Origin: Felis catus
Lineage: Eukaryota
Length of the DNA: 64,000 bases
NCBI RefSeq assembly: GCF_018350175.1
Contig: NC_058368.1
Location: forward strand, 90,212,001 to 90,276,000
Direction: 5' to 3'
Position 1 is the first letter of the stretch. Every line of letters starts with the position of its first letter. The position numbers and the translations under genes are program-made. Positions 50,100 through 62,149 of the stretch are shown here, piece by piece. The notes under the pieces were generated by a model. That model was not told where the DNA came from. It saw only the letters and a program-made list of their open reading frames with translations, and searched no databases.

Positions 50100-50500
50100 T
50101 CAAAGAATGAGGTTACATTTTATGAGGAAGGCAGACAGGTGTAATCAGAATACTGCTGTATGGTGTGAGTTACTCTTTTTGGGCAGAGTGATATTACTCT
50201 AGGTGAGTCAGGGTACTTCGCAGCGGAGGTAGTGACATTTGAGCTGAATTTTACAGGATGAATAAGACTTTGTCAAATAGGCTGGCAGGAAAGTCAGGCA
50301 AAGAGATCATTTTCCACAGAGCTGTGGAGGGATGAAAGGAGGGACAGAGTTGAATGGCATCAGGAATCGTGGGGAGGGGACCTGAACCTGTCAGCCGCTC
50401 CCGGACACATGTGTTGACATAACAAGATGAAGGGCTCAAATCTCGCACTGAAGCAGTGAGGAGCCATCAAATGAGGATTTTTAGCAGTGGAGCGATAGAA
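50100..50500 (-). mobile_element. L2 fragment
   Basis: ggaggtagtgacatttgagctgaattttacaggatgaataaga...gcagtgaggagccatc. Confidence 0.6.
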
Positions 50501-50954
50501 AATTTTTTTTGACAGGAGAGGCTTAGGGGGAAGGAGCTCTTGGAAATATCAAAGAGCAAAGGAAAGTAATATTAATAAAGCAGGGTTATGTAGCCAACTG
50601 GGGGGAGGGGCCAGGACATAGACACACGGTATCTTGGAAAGGCGATGGGGATAGTTCTGTTAGACAAAAGGGACAAAAAGTGGTCTGTGATGAGTGACAG
50701 GCTGCAGACTACCAGGTGGTTTCAGTCCGGGAAAATAGCTTTCATAGCACCTGGATTTCATCAGTGTTTATGTCAGTGTTTAGAAGAGAACCCTGCTGCA
50801 CGTTGATACAAACCTAGCTGTGTCTCTGGGAGACTCCTGAGGACTGAAAAGAGAAACCTGAGCTGAGTCTCATTACAGAGACCTGTCCTCGATATGCTGC
50901 GGACCAGCTGGCTGTGAACAAATTATTCCTGTTTGAGTAAGCAGGATGAGTTGT

Positions 50955-51178
50955 TTGGTTTTTTTTTTTTTTCTTTAAGTGTTGATTTATTTTTAGAGAG
51001 AGAGAGAGCCAAGCAGGGGAGGGGCATAGAAAGAGAGAAGAGAGTGAGAATCCCAAGGAGGCTCCGCGCTGTCAGCACAGAGCCCAACATGGGGCTTGAA
51101 CCCATGAACCATGAGATCATGACCTGAGCCGAAATCAAAGAGTTGGATGCTTAACTGACTGAGCCACACAGGTACCCC
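50955..51178 (-). mobile_element. Can-SINE
   Basis: Typical body; TSD atgagttgttt on both sides. Confidence 0.92.
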
Positions 51179-51204
51179 AGAATGAGTTGTTTTCTACCAA
51201 TGTA

Positions 51205-51610
51205 AAACCTTTGGATACTGTGCATCCACAGAATCATATGAGAGCACTTTTTTCTTTTTTTTTTTTTTTTTTTGGTGGGGAAGGGGACATTGTAAAACTA
51301 CAAATTCCCAAAACATCTCTCCCATAGGCTGAATCGAGAAGTCTAGGTAGGACCTACTTACCAGCTCTAATCTCTCTATACCTCAATTTCCTCTTCTGTA
51401 AAATGGGAATAATGTAGTTACTTTCTGTTAAAATGATGATGAGGATTACATGAGTCAGTACGTGTGAAACTTACTAGAACAGTACCTAGCATGTGGTATG
51501 TACTGAATAAGTCTTAGTTACTATAAATATCATCATTTCATATTATTATTATTAAGCCCCCAAGGTAGATTTAAAGCATTTGCCCCACAGACCATACCTT
51601 GAAAAACAGT
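51205..51610. mobile_element. MER5A-like MITE split by a + strand MIR (about 51356-51552)
   Basis: MER5A-like cagaatca...ttgtaaaactacaaattccc...ctgaatcgagaa and ccccaaggt...ccccacagaccataccttgaaaaacagtg. MIR core cctcaatttcctcttctgtaaaatgggaataat...tagaacagtacctagca. Confidence 0.7.
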
Positions 51611-52039
51611 GACTTAATGGCATGGTGGTCAGGTATAAGTAAGGGAATTTAATAAAAAATGATCTTCACAAAGGGATTTGTGCTCCATCTTAAGTTGTGA
51701 GTCAGCAGAACACAAATAGTATTAAAACCAAGAGGGGAAAAAGCAATGGCTTTTAGACAGATTCAAGTAAAAGACCAAAACCATAGCGGAAGCATACCTG
51801 TCACAGAGTGATTGGAAATGTTGAAGGAGGGGTCAAGAAGTATGTAGTAACATAAGCCAAGTCCCATGAAAAATACTACAGTGAAGACATTTGACGTTAA
51901 TATCAAATACAGAGAAGAGATTTTTTTTTTCCTTTTGCCACAGGAGATTTTGGAAGTTGAGAAGTGGAAGGGGTGATATATCCAAATATTCGTGGGCACT
52001 CTCTCAGACACCCTGCATGCATTGTTACCAGCGTGCTGA

Positions 52040-52430
52040 AGGCTGAACCCCTTCTCCTGCCAGTACTGGCTCCTCTTTTTCTGGAATTCCTTAATGGGGT
52101 ACCATTCCCACAGAGCCTGTCACCCAGCTAGAGAGCTGAGCCAGCCATCTTTAACACCCACTGTTTTCATGCCACCTCCCCCCTCCCCCCATCCCATGTC
52201 AGTCAGTCATTAGGTTCTGCTAGTTTTACCTTCTAAATCTTTCTGGATTCTGTCCTCTCCTCTTCCCCTGCACCCACTGGCCTGATTCGGGCCCTTCCTA
52301 ACTCTCCGAAGCCCTAGATCCTACCAGGTCTCAGTGCCTCCAGTCTTCCCTGTGTCACAGACCTTCTCAGGAGGCCAGGCCTGAATTCTCCAAAACCCAG
52401 ATCTCTTTTGTTTAAAATTCTTCAGCAGAA
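52040..52430 (+). mobile_element. L2 fragment
   Basis: ccttaatggggtaccattc...cagtcagtcattaggttctgctagttttaccttctaaat. Confidence 0.65.
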
Positions 52431-53558
52431 TTCTGATCTGAGCAAGATGGAAGTAGTAGGGTATTTCTTTTTAATTTCCCTAAAAGCCTTTTTTAAAAAA
52501 TAGAGAGCAAGCAGGATAAAACAAGGAAAAATCCTCAGATAGCATCTTCGATGCTACCAGGCCACAGGTGCCTCCAAGAACTCCAAAGAAAGGAGTGACT
52601 CAGCCAGACAGCCAGCAGCAGCAGCACCTACACAGTAGCTCCAAAGAAGGTAGCCAGGGGAAGAAAGGGGGTAGTTCTGGTGATCCTAAGAATCAGAAGT
52701 CACAGCGACAGGGCTCCGCTCTGAGGCGCAAGCCCCAGCAGACGTGTCTGAGAACCGCTGGTGAAAGCACAGGCTGTGATTTATCAACAGCCAACACAGA
52801 GACCTGAGAAGACTGTTCAGGAGCTTCAGAGAGCACAGTAGGTGATGGGGCAGCTCAGCCCCGAAGCTTCAGTAGCACACATGTGCACACACACTCAGCC
52901 TGGAAGCCCGCATCTTACTTAACAGATAAATGTGAAGACGGAGCAGAGCTGCCCTATTTAAAGTCATGCTGCAGGTATTGGCCCAAGCAGTTTGATAAGA
53001 AAAAGCAGTACGATGAATAAGACTTGGAGAAGTAGGTCTGTTTTCAGTTGATAGGACTGTCTATCAGAAAATCCCAAAAGGATCAATGGAACCCTACTAA
53101 AACAAGGGAACAACCTAGTAAAGGAGCAGGATATAAAATGCATATACAGAAGAAAAATCAAAAAATATAATGGGATGGAAAGCAGTGTTTATGGCTGGAT
53201 GGGTAGGTGGGTGGCTCAATCCTGGTATGAGCATAACTAACAAGTACTGTGTAAAACCCACAAGAAGAAACATACAAAACGCTCCTGACATACCTTGTTC
53301 TTGTTGAAGATAAACATTCAGTACAATGAAGCTGTCAGTTCTCCCAAAGGTCATTCATACATTTAACTGCATCTAAATAAAATTACCTTCAGATATTTTT
53401 TCTGGGATTAAATATAAGGTAATTATAAAAATCACATGGAAGAATAAGTAAGGATAACCAGGGGGAAAAAAACCCTTAAAAAGAAAAGCAGCGATGGGTG
53501 CCTAGCCACACCAAGTTTTATAATACGTATTAAAGCCTCTTATTTAAAAGAATGGTTT

Positions 53559-53690
53559 AGGGACACCTGGGTGGCTCAGTTGGTTAAGCGTCTGACTCTT
53601 GATCTCAGCTCAGGTCTTGGTCTCAGGGCCGCAAGTTCAAGCCCTGTGTTGGGCTGTACTCTGGGTATGAAACCTATTTAAAAAAATAAT
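53559..53690 (+). mobile_element. Short Can-SINE
   Basis: gggacacctgggtggctcag...ctcaggtcttggtctcaggg followed by an A tail. Confidence 0.88.
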
Positions 53691-55456
53691 AAAAGTTAGC
53701 CTACAAATAAACACACCAATAGAACAAAATGCAAAACCCAAAAATAAACACACAACTGCATGTAGAAATTTAAGCACAGTATACAATAAAAAGCATCATC
53801 TCAAATCAATGGGGAAGGATGAACATTTTTAATAAATGGTTGTGGGGCAACTGGAAAAAAAGAAAATCAGATCAATTTCTTACATTGTACAGCAGAATAA
53901 ATTTCTGATGAATCAGAGATCTAATTGTAAAGATTAGAAGAAAATGTGGGCTAAATTTTCCTTTATGGTGGGGCACATGGAAAACTTTGAATTATGGCTC
54001 AGAATACAGTACAATAAAAAAAATGACTGATAAATTTGGCTATATGTTTTAATTTTTTAAAGGAAAAATGAATGACAAACTAAAATGAGACATTTGTGAC
54101 TTATATTACAAAGGGTTTAGCAGCCCTGATATATAAAGAAGACTGAAATCCCGATAGAAAAAAAAATGGACAAATAAAAAAATGGATAGTTCACTTAGAA
54201 AAATGCAAATGGTACTTAAATTTGGCAAAAAAAAAAAAAAAAATTCTGAGATTTGACCACGTTCTCTCTTGACTAGGTGGTGGGGAAACCAGCATTCTCA
54301 TACACTGATGATGACAATGCAAAACAGTTCCAGGCAGGGGAGGGGCGTGGGCGAGGGGGCTGGAATTTGTAATATCCAGCAGAAATGCATATGTGCTTAC
54401 CAGTTGTCTTAGTAACCTCACTTGTAGCAATGTAGCCTTACAAAAGTGAAAAAAGACATCTATACAGTACTATCCATCTTGATATTCTTTATACTATCAA
54501 GACAAACCACCCAAATGTCCATCCGTAGGAGTCTGCTTGAATAAACTAGAACTCTCCACCGTGAAATAACTCTGAATGCACTGAAGTAGTAGGTAGCTGT
54601 AGAAGAGAAGGGGAATCTGAAGGTCTTGGTTTGCTGCCTCTGGAGTGACCTCTTGGTACAGAACAGTTATAGTGTACCAGCTGATGGTAAGAAAGAGCTT
54701 TGAAAATACATCCGTATAAATGGATATTCATATCACGTATGTACACACATGCATATGCGTTTCCTTTTATTTCCAAAAGGAAACAATATGAGGAAAAAGC
54801 AGAATTATCCTAAAGAGCTCTTACGTTAGGGGGAAGGGAACTAGGAGGAACTAGGGATGGAAATGAGACTTCCCTGTACCTGGTTTTATAGTTTTGACTC
54901 TGGAGCCACGTGACTGTTTAAAATAATTTAAACAGAAGACAAAATTATCAAAATTGAAAATAAATGGGAACAAATGAAGCTAAATATATTTCAAGAGGCA
55001 TACCCATATGGAGAAAGGAGTTATTTCAGGGGACTGTTTTTGGACAGTCCATGTCGCTGGAATATAGTCTGAGGATTCAAAAAAAAAACAGCTGCATTTA
55101 ATAGTCTTACTGTTGTATTGATTGTTATTTGAAATTATCATATATATATGTATATATGTATAGCAGGATAAAGCAAATAAGTAATTATGTTGATGATATT
55201 AGGAACCAAGATTTTCAGAGTTAGAAAATATTAAAATTAAAAACATTAAGTGATGACACTGTAATCTTATTTTTGAATTGGAAATAGTGTGAACTCCTTC
55301 CTGGCTTATTTTCCTTTTCCTAAAAACTACAGAGCTCCTCTGTCCATGTAATGACAACCCAGTAACAGTACCTGTGTATAGAAGAATTCCAACTAGTAAA
55401 TGTATAAGGAATGGCAAAGTTAGAAAATTAACTAGAAATTAATTAGAAAATTAACT

Positions 55457-55628
55457 GAGCCTGGGTGGCTCAGTCAGTTAAATGTCTGACTTCAGCTCAG
55501 GTCATGATCTCACGGTCCGTGAGTTCGAGCCCCGCGTTGGGGTCTGTGCTGACAGCTCAGAGCCTGGAGCCTGCTTTGGATTCTGTGTCTCCCTCTCTCT
55601 GCCCCTCCCCCACTCATGCTTGTGCGCG

Positions 55629-55676
<48 letters not shown>

Positions 55677-55680
55677 AATG
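55457..55680 (+). mobile_element. Can-SINE
   Basis: gcctgggtggctcagtcagtt head, long (CT)n. Confidence 0.92.
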
Positions 55681-55697
55681 AGAAAATTAACCATTTT

Positions 55698-55895
55698 AGG
55701 AGTACGTGGGTAGCTCAGTTGAGTGTCCAACTTTGGTTCAGGTCGTGGTCTCACGGTTTGTGAGTTTGAGCCCCACATCAGGCTCACTGCTGTCAGCCTG
55801 TCAGCGCAGAACCTGCTTCAGATCTTCTGTCTCCCTCTCTCTATCCCTCCCCGGCTTGCACTTTCCTAGAAAGTAAATAACTATTTAAAAATAAA
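55698..55895 (+). mobile_element. Can-SINE (tandem neighbour)
   Basis: TSD agaaaattaaccatttta on both sides. Confidence 0.9.
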
Positions 55896-55984
55896 GAAAA
55901 TTAACCATTTTACATCCTTAATAAAACAATGAGCATCTGTCCCATTCCATTCCATCCCATCCCCAGACTGTTCTGGAATTATCT

Positions 55985-56103
55985 TTTTTTTTTTTTTTTT
56001 AAGATTTTATTTTTAAGTACTCTCTACACCCAACATTGGGTTCAAACTCCCAATCCCAAGATCATAAGTCACACATTCTTCCTACTGAGCTAGCCAGACA
56101 CCT
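55985..56103 (-). mobile_element. Short tRNA-like Can-SINE
   Basis: Poly-T, aagattttatttttaagta...ctgagctagccagacacc. Confidence 0.85.
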
Positions 56104-57399
56104 CTAAAGTTACCTTTAAATGCCATTTCCCTCTCCAAGGAACCAGGAATCCTTGGAGAAATGGGTTATTCCAGATTTAGGGCAGCAAATGTATAAGATG
56201 AATGTTGTGCCAGAAAACAAGGAAGACTACTGAGGTGGTGTCAAAAGGACCTGGGTGCCTTCTCAGAGGAACTCTCCATATTCAAAAGTGAGACAGAAGC
56301 ACCAGGGAATAAATACAGCAGTTGATGGAAACTGGAGGCTGTTAGAGAACCAACTTGCTATTCTGAAAATCAAGTTTTAAAAACGATTCATCCTGTGTCT
56401 TCTGTACACATTATGTTATTACATCATAACCAACTAGTTGGTGAGAGGAGGTTCATTATAGAAGAACGCCAACTAATCAATGAATTAGAAAATCACCATT
56501 TTGTAACCTTTGGTGAAATGACGGCCTGAGGCAGTGATCATCAGTGGACGCTATAAAATCCGCTGAAAGACTTAGGGAGCTTTTTCTGAACTGACAGAGT
56601 CTGAACCCACTGATTGTGCTTGATGTCAGTGAGGGCAGGGAAGCCTAACCCTATGTCCTCACGTTGGGATACGTTGGGAAGCACACAGCACCACCCAGGA
56701 CATACTCTCGCCAGAGCAGTTGAACCTAAATCTAGCTACTGTTTCATAAGAAATGGACCAAGTAAAGTGACACCAGGAAGAAACAAGCAGTCAAATTTAG
56801 AATGTGGGACATTCTATTAGAAAAATAACCCAGTTTTGCCATTTTAAAATGGCATTAAAAAGAAAAAAAGTATGGTGGAGACTTCTGGTTTTGGCCAAAA
56901 TAGAATCAGATAATGAACTTGGTTTACCCTCCTGCCTGATACAGCAGTTAGGAAGGAAAAAGACAACAGCAGAAATACATGAAATCATGTTTTCAAGAGA
57001 CTAGACAACAAACGAGGGTCAGTGATCCCTGAGCAATGGCAGACAAGAGATGAGGATTATCCAGCTTCATGTGTTTAAGAGTTTCCAGGCCACAGTGCAC
57101 AGAGGGGAAACTAAGGCAGAGCTGAGTGGACTGCCTTATTTGAAAGTCATTACTGAGAATCCAAGAAGAACAGAGTAGCTGGCATTCATGGAACACAGTC
57201 CTGGGAAGGATGGAAATGCACAGAGAAGACAAAGCCCCAGCATCTGTAAAAGGTCCATGCACCTTGAGTATTCAGCAGAGTACTGAGCAGCCAGTGCTGT
57301 GAGCAAAGTCTCCAAAGCTGGGGAAGACCATCCAAAGGGACTGGAAGGAACAGTACCCAGCAGACAGTGCCTCCTCATGGGGCTCATGGGACTAAAAAC

Positions 57400-57928
57400 C
57401 AACATGTTGTCAGGGCCACATTCCTTTCTGTAGGCTCTGGGGGAGAATCTCTCCCAACTCTTCCTAGTCTTCAGAAGCCACCCACATTCCTTGGCTCATG
57501 GCCCTGTTTTTCCGTCTTCAAAGCCAGCAGTGTCAGCTGAGCCCTTACACTACCATCTCTCTGTTTCTAGTCCCTTTTCCATTTTTAAGAACCCTCTGAT
57601 CACAGTGGTCCCACTGGGTAATTCAGACTCCCTGTTTTATTTATTTATTTTTTTAATGTTTATTTAATTTTTGAGAGAGAGACAGAGTGCTCCAGGGCCT
57701 GAGCTGTCAGCATGGAGCCCAACGTGGGGCTCCAACTCATGGACCACGAGATCATGACCTGAGCCGTAGTCAGATGCTTAACCGACTGAGCCACCCAGGC
57801 ACCCCTCAGGCTCCCTGTTCTAAAGTCAGCTACCTAAGTTGTCCCTTGCCATGTAACAGAACATATTCATAGGTTCCAGGGCTTAGAATCTGGCCATCTT
57901 TGGGGGACCCAGTATTCTACCTACCACA
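57400..57928 (-). mobile_element. MLT1-family LTR (partial) with inserted SINE
   Basis: tgtcagggccacattcctttctgtaggctctgggggagaatc...cattccttggctcatggccc...ggttccagggcttag...gtattctacctaccaca. Confidence 0.85.
57635..57805 (-). mobile_element. Can-SINE (internally deleted)
   Basis: TSD tcagactccctgtt / tcaggctccctgtt. Confidence 0.9.
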
Positions 57929-58263
57929 GCTGTATCCAGATAATTAAGTGGAGATATGTAAGATAATTACTCCCCCTCAAAAAGCCCAAATCAAAATTGT
58001 AGAGATAAAAATTGTAATACCTGAAATGAAAAATAAACCGACTTGGATTAATGTCATGGCAGATTAGATATTATGGAAGAAAAAAATAGCAAACTATAGG
58101 CGTAGCAATAGAAGCCACCCAATGAAATGCAGAGAGAGAATTAGCCTCCAAAAGAGCAGAGCCCGGTGAAATGTGGAACAGTTTCCAGCAGCCCAGTATA
58201 CATGTGTTTGGGTTCCCCAAGAAAATGAGCTAAGAGGGCTGTCAGACAAAAAACATACAAAGA

Positions 58264-58482
58264 GGGGCGCTTGGGTGGCGCAGTCGGTTAAGCGTCCGAC
58301 TTCAGCCAGGTCACGATCTCGCGGTCTGTGAGTTCGAGCCCCGCGTCGGGCTCTGGGCTGATGGCTCAGAACCTGGAGCCTGTTTCCTATTCTGTGTCTC
58401 CCTCTCTCTCTGCCCCTCGCCCGTTCATGCTCTGTCTCTCTCTGTCCCAAAAATAAATAAACGTTGAAAAAAAAATTAAAAA
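58264..58482 (+). mobile_element. Very young felid SINEC_Fc
   Basis: CpG-rich gtggcgcagtcggttaagcgtccgacttcagccaggtcacgatctcgcgg. Perfect 16-bp TSD aaaaaacatacaaaga at 58248-58263 and 58483-58498. Confidence 0.95.
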
Positions 58483-58689
58483 AAAAAACATACAAAGAAA
58501 TAAAGAGAGTAATAGCAGTTGTCTCATTGGAAACTGTACAAGGGAGAAAACAGGGGAGCAATATCTTTAATTTTATGTGCACCCAAACATCTTTCAAAAA
58601 TGGTGAAATTCACATATACAAAGCTGAAAGAATTACAGTTAATCTCCAGCAGACCTACACTACAAGAAATGTTTTAAAAAGGTCCCTCA

Positions 58690-58889
58690 GGGGGCACCTG
58701 GGTGGCTCAGTGGGGTAAGGGTCCAGCTTCGACTCCGGTCATAATCTCATGGTTTGTGAGTTCGAGCCCCTTATCAGGCTCTTTGCTGTCAGCATGGAGC
58801 CTGCTTCGGATCCTGTGTCCATTCCACCACCACCATCCCCTGCTCACGCTCTCTGTCTGAAAAGTAAATACACATTTATAACAAACAAA
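58690..58889 (+). mobile_element. Can-SINE
   Basis: TSD aggtccctcag / aggtccttcag. Confidence 0.9.
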
Positions 58890-59899
58890 TAGGTCCTTCA
58901 GGCAGAAGGAAGATGGCATCAGTGGATATATGAAAGTACATAGAAGCAGGGAAGAAAGCCAGAAATGTATTTATTAAGTGCATAAATATCTGATGTTTTT
59001 CTTAATTTAAATTTCTTTAAAAGGTAATTATTGCCAATCACATATCTTCTAACAGGCATATATCAGAATGTATAAAGAACTCCTACAGCTCAACAACAAA
59101 ACATTGTTGTGCTTTTCATTGTTGAAGGCTAATTGGTTCATGTTTCTCCCTATGATACCTTTGTATGAGATGTGATCATAATCTTCTGTTCCTTATGCTA
59201 AATGATGTAACTTCTGTACTTGGGAGGAGAATGTCATACATGTTGGGGAGACGTAGGTCCGGGTAGCTTTCCGCACTGAGCAGTTGGGGGGTCCGTCTTG
59301 TGCTGCACCTCTCTGTGGAGCCCCCTCCCCTCAGGACTTCCTGATCCGTCTCCTCTAGTATCAGAAGCTTCTCTCTGTGTTACCCCCAGGTTCCTGCCCT
59401 GCTCAGTCCCAGGTCTGGCTTTCCTCAAGGAGGGCTCTTTCTTCTTGGGAGTTGTTGGTGTTTCAGGTTCTCAGGGGAATGGGCTGCCCTGGATGATCTG
59501 ATCTTACCTCTTAGTGCGTTCCTGTGTTATGTTTTGTTTGCTTCTCTGTAAACGGGGAGCCTGAGCAATCTCCCCACGTCCCTGGGAGTATCTCAGAGTT
59601 ACTTGCTGAGGCTTCTGTCTAGTGAATAGTCTCTTTCAGGAGTATGGGGAGGTGTTTTATGGTGATTTCTGAGTTCCCTGGCTCTTAAGACTGTCAGAAC
59701 CCTTTTTCTCTTCCCTTTACTGCCTCAGCACAGCTGCTGACTCTATATCCGGTTAGAATAATGCTACCGTTAGTGGTTTGACCCCACCTACTTATAGCTA
59801 ACCCTTCCACCTGCTTTTGTTGAAAACAAAACTTCCACTCTTAAAGTTGGTCTGGGCCTTTTCCTGAGGAAACTTGGTAAGATTTAGAAGTGACCCTGC

Positions 59900-60145
59900 T
59901 CCCGCCACCTTGTGCCAGTTAAAGGCCACTCCAGTCAGGCTTTTCTTCCTGTCTTTCCACTGAGCAACTCTCGTCAAGGCCACTATGACTTCTGTTTGTT
60001 CTCTTCAGTAGTCCGTTCTTAGTGTTCGTTATGCTTGACGTCACACTTCATACACCCTAAACTGAATTCTTCCAATTTTGCTCTTCCTGCATCTTCCCCA
60101 GGTCCTTAAATGGTGGCTTTATTCTCTAAGGTGCACAGTCAAAAT
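59900..60145 (+). mobile_element. L2 fragment
   Basis: caactctcgtcaaggccactatgacttc; aaactgaattct...ttccccaggtccttaaatggtggc. Confidence 0.5.
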
Positions 60146-61910
60146 CATCTTCAAGAAGAATTAAGTTGGAAGTCTCATATTTCTTGATTTAGTAACTTAC
60201 TACAAAGCTACTATAATCGAAACAGTGTGGTGTGGGCATAAAGACAGACCCAGACCAACAGAATAGCACAGAGAAATAAACCCTCATATATATGGTCAAA
60301 TGATTTTCAACAAGGGTGCCAAGACCATTCAGTGGGAAAAGCACAGTCTTTTCCACAGATGGTTCTGGGGAAACCGGATATCCACATGCCAAAAAATGAA
60401 ACTGGACACTTACCTTATACTATATACAAAAATTAACTCAAAGTGAATGAGAGACCTCCACATAAGAGCTAACACTGCAACTTTTAGAAGAAAACATAGG
60501 GGGAAGGCTTCAACATTGGATTTGGCAGTGGTTTCTTGGATATGACACCAATAGCACAAGTAATTTTTTAAAAAATAGGTAAGTTGGGCAACATGAAAAT
60601 TAAAAACTTATGTGCATCAAAGGACACAATCAACATAATGTAAAGGCGACCCACAGAATGGGAGAAAATATTTGCAAATCCTATTATCTCTGAGTAGGGG
60701 TTAATCACCAGAATATATAAAGAACTCTTAAAACTCAAGTAAACAACTCAATTTAAAAACAGCCAAAGGATGTAAAGAGACATTTCTCCAAAGATATACA
60801 AATGGCCATGGAAATTAGCACGTGGAAAGATGCTCCACATCACTGATCATTATGGAAATGAAAATCAAAACTACAGTGAGATACCACCTCATATCCATTA
60901 TGATGGTTACTGTCAAAAAAAACAGAAAACAAGAAAGACTGTTAACTATAGAGAACAAACTGATAGTTTACCAGAGGGGTAGTGGCCAGGAGAATGGGTT
61001 AAGGAGTGGGGATTAAGGAGTGCACTTGTGATGAGCACTAAGGGTCATATGTAAGTGTTAAGTCACTAAATTGTACACACAACTAATACTGCAGTTAGCA
61101 AATTTAAATAAAACAAAAACATGGAGCTCCTGGGTGGATCAGTCAGTTAAGCATCCAACTCTTGAACTCAGCTCAGGTCTTGATCTCAGGGTCATGAGTT
61201 CAAGCCCCATGTTGGGCTCCACACCCAGCATGGAGCCTGCTTTAAAAAAACAAACACACAAAAAACAGAAAATAAATGTTGTGAGGATATGGAGAAAATC
61301 AAGCCCTTGTGCACTGTTGGTGGGAATATAAATGGTACAAGTACTATGGAAAGAAGTATGAAGTCCTTAAAAAATTAAAAGTAGAATTACCCCATGACCC
61401 AGCATTCCACTTCTGGGTATCCCCCCCCCAAAAAAAATGAAAGCAGGGTCTGTAAGAGATATTTGTACACCCATATTTATAGCATCATTCTTCACAATAG
61501 CTGAAACATGGAAGCAACCCAAGTGTCCATTGACAAATGAATGGATAAGCAAATGTGGTATATGCATACAACAGAATATCATTAGCGTTAAAAAGGAAAA
61601 TATGCTACAACATGGGTGAACCTGGAAGACATAAGGCTAAGTGAAACAAACCAGTCACAGAAAGAAAAATACTGTATGGTTCCACTAATATGAGGTACTT
61701 AGAGTAGGCAAAATTGTAAAGACAAAAAGTAGAATAGCAGCTCCCAATGGCTGGGAGGGAGTGGTGAACATAGAGTTATTTCATGGTTGTAGAGTTTCAG
61801 ATTCACAAGAGTTATGGGAATGGGTGGTGGTGGTGGCTGCACAACAGCATAAATGTATTTAGTACCACTGAGCTATACACTTAAAAGGTGCAAATTTTAT
61901 GCCATATGTA
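60145..61910 (+). mobile_element. L1MB-type ORF2 C-terminus plus 3' end
   Basis: ttcaacaagggtgccaagaccattcagtgggaaaa; gaagcaacccaagtgtccattgacaaatgaatggataagc; atagagttattt...agagtttcag. Confidence 0.9.
60930..61260 (+). mobile_element. Short carnivore L1 3' end followed by a short Can-SINE (about 61122-61260), nested in L1MB
   Basis: actgttaactatagagaacaaactgat...ggggattaaggagtgcacttgtgatgagcac resembles 29390-29560. Flanking repeat aaaaaacagaaaa. Confidence 0.85.
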
Positions 61911-61935
61911 CGTGTGTGTGTGTGTGTGTGTGTGT

Positions 61936-62116
61936 AATGTTTATTGAGAGAGTGTGAGCGGGAAAGTAGCAGAGAGAGGAGGGGAGAGAATCCCAAGCAG
62001 GCTCCACACTCAGCACAGAGCCTGACACAGGGCTTGAACTCACATACCGTGACATCGTGACCTGAACCAAAACCAACAGTCAGACACTTAACCAAGTGAG
62101 CCACCCAGGCACCCCT
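61936..62116 (-). mobile_element. Can-SINE preceded by (TG)n
   Basis: gaatcccaagcaggctcc...gagccacccaggcacccc. Confidence 0.9.
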
Positions 62117-62149
62117 ATGTTATATACATTTTAACGCAATTTTCAAAAA

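Larger units (their letters stand above)
52430..56870 (+). mobile_element. Mosaic of old L1 fragments (5' region, ORF2, L1MC/ME 3' ends) with inserted SINEs
   Basis: ttctcccaaaggtcattcatacatttaa; aataaatggttgtggggcaactgg; cccaaatgtccatc; tagaaaatcaccattttgtaacc. Confidence 0.7.
56875..59100 (+). mobile_element. Old L1 5' UTR/ORF1 remnants, split by MLT1 and SINEs
   Basis: gacttctggttttggccaaaat; tgaaatgaaaaataaacc...ggattaat...cagattagata; agacctacactacaagaaatgtt. Confidence 0.7.

Noticed and set aside
58094..58597. 167-aa minus-strand ORF
   Set aside because: Antisense translation of a SINEC_Fc and flanking L1.
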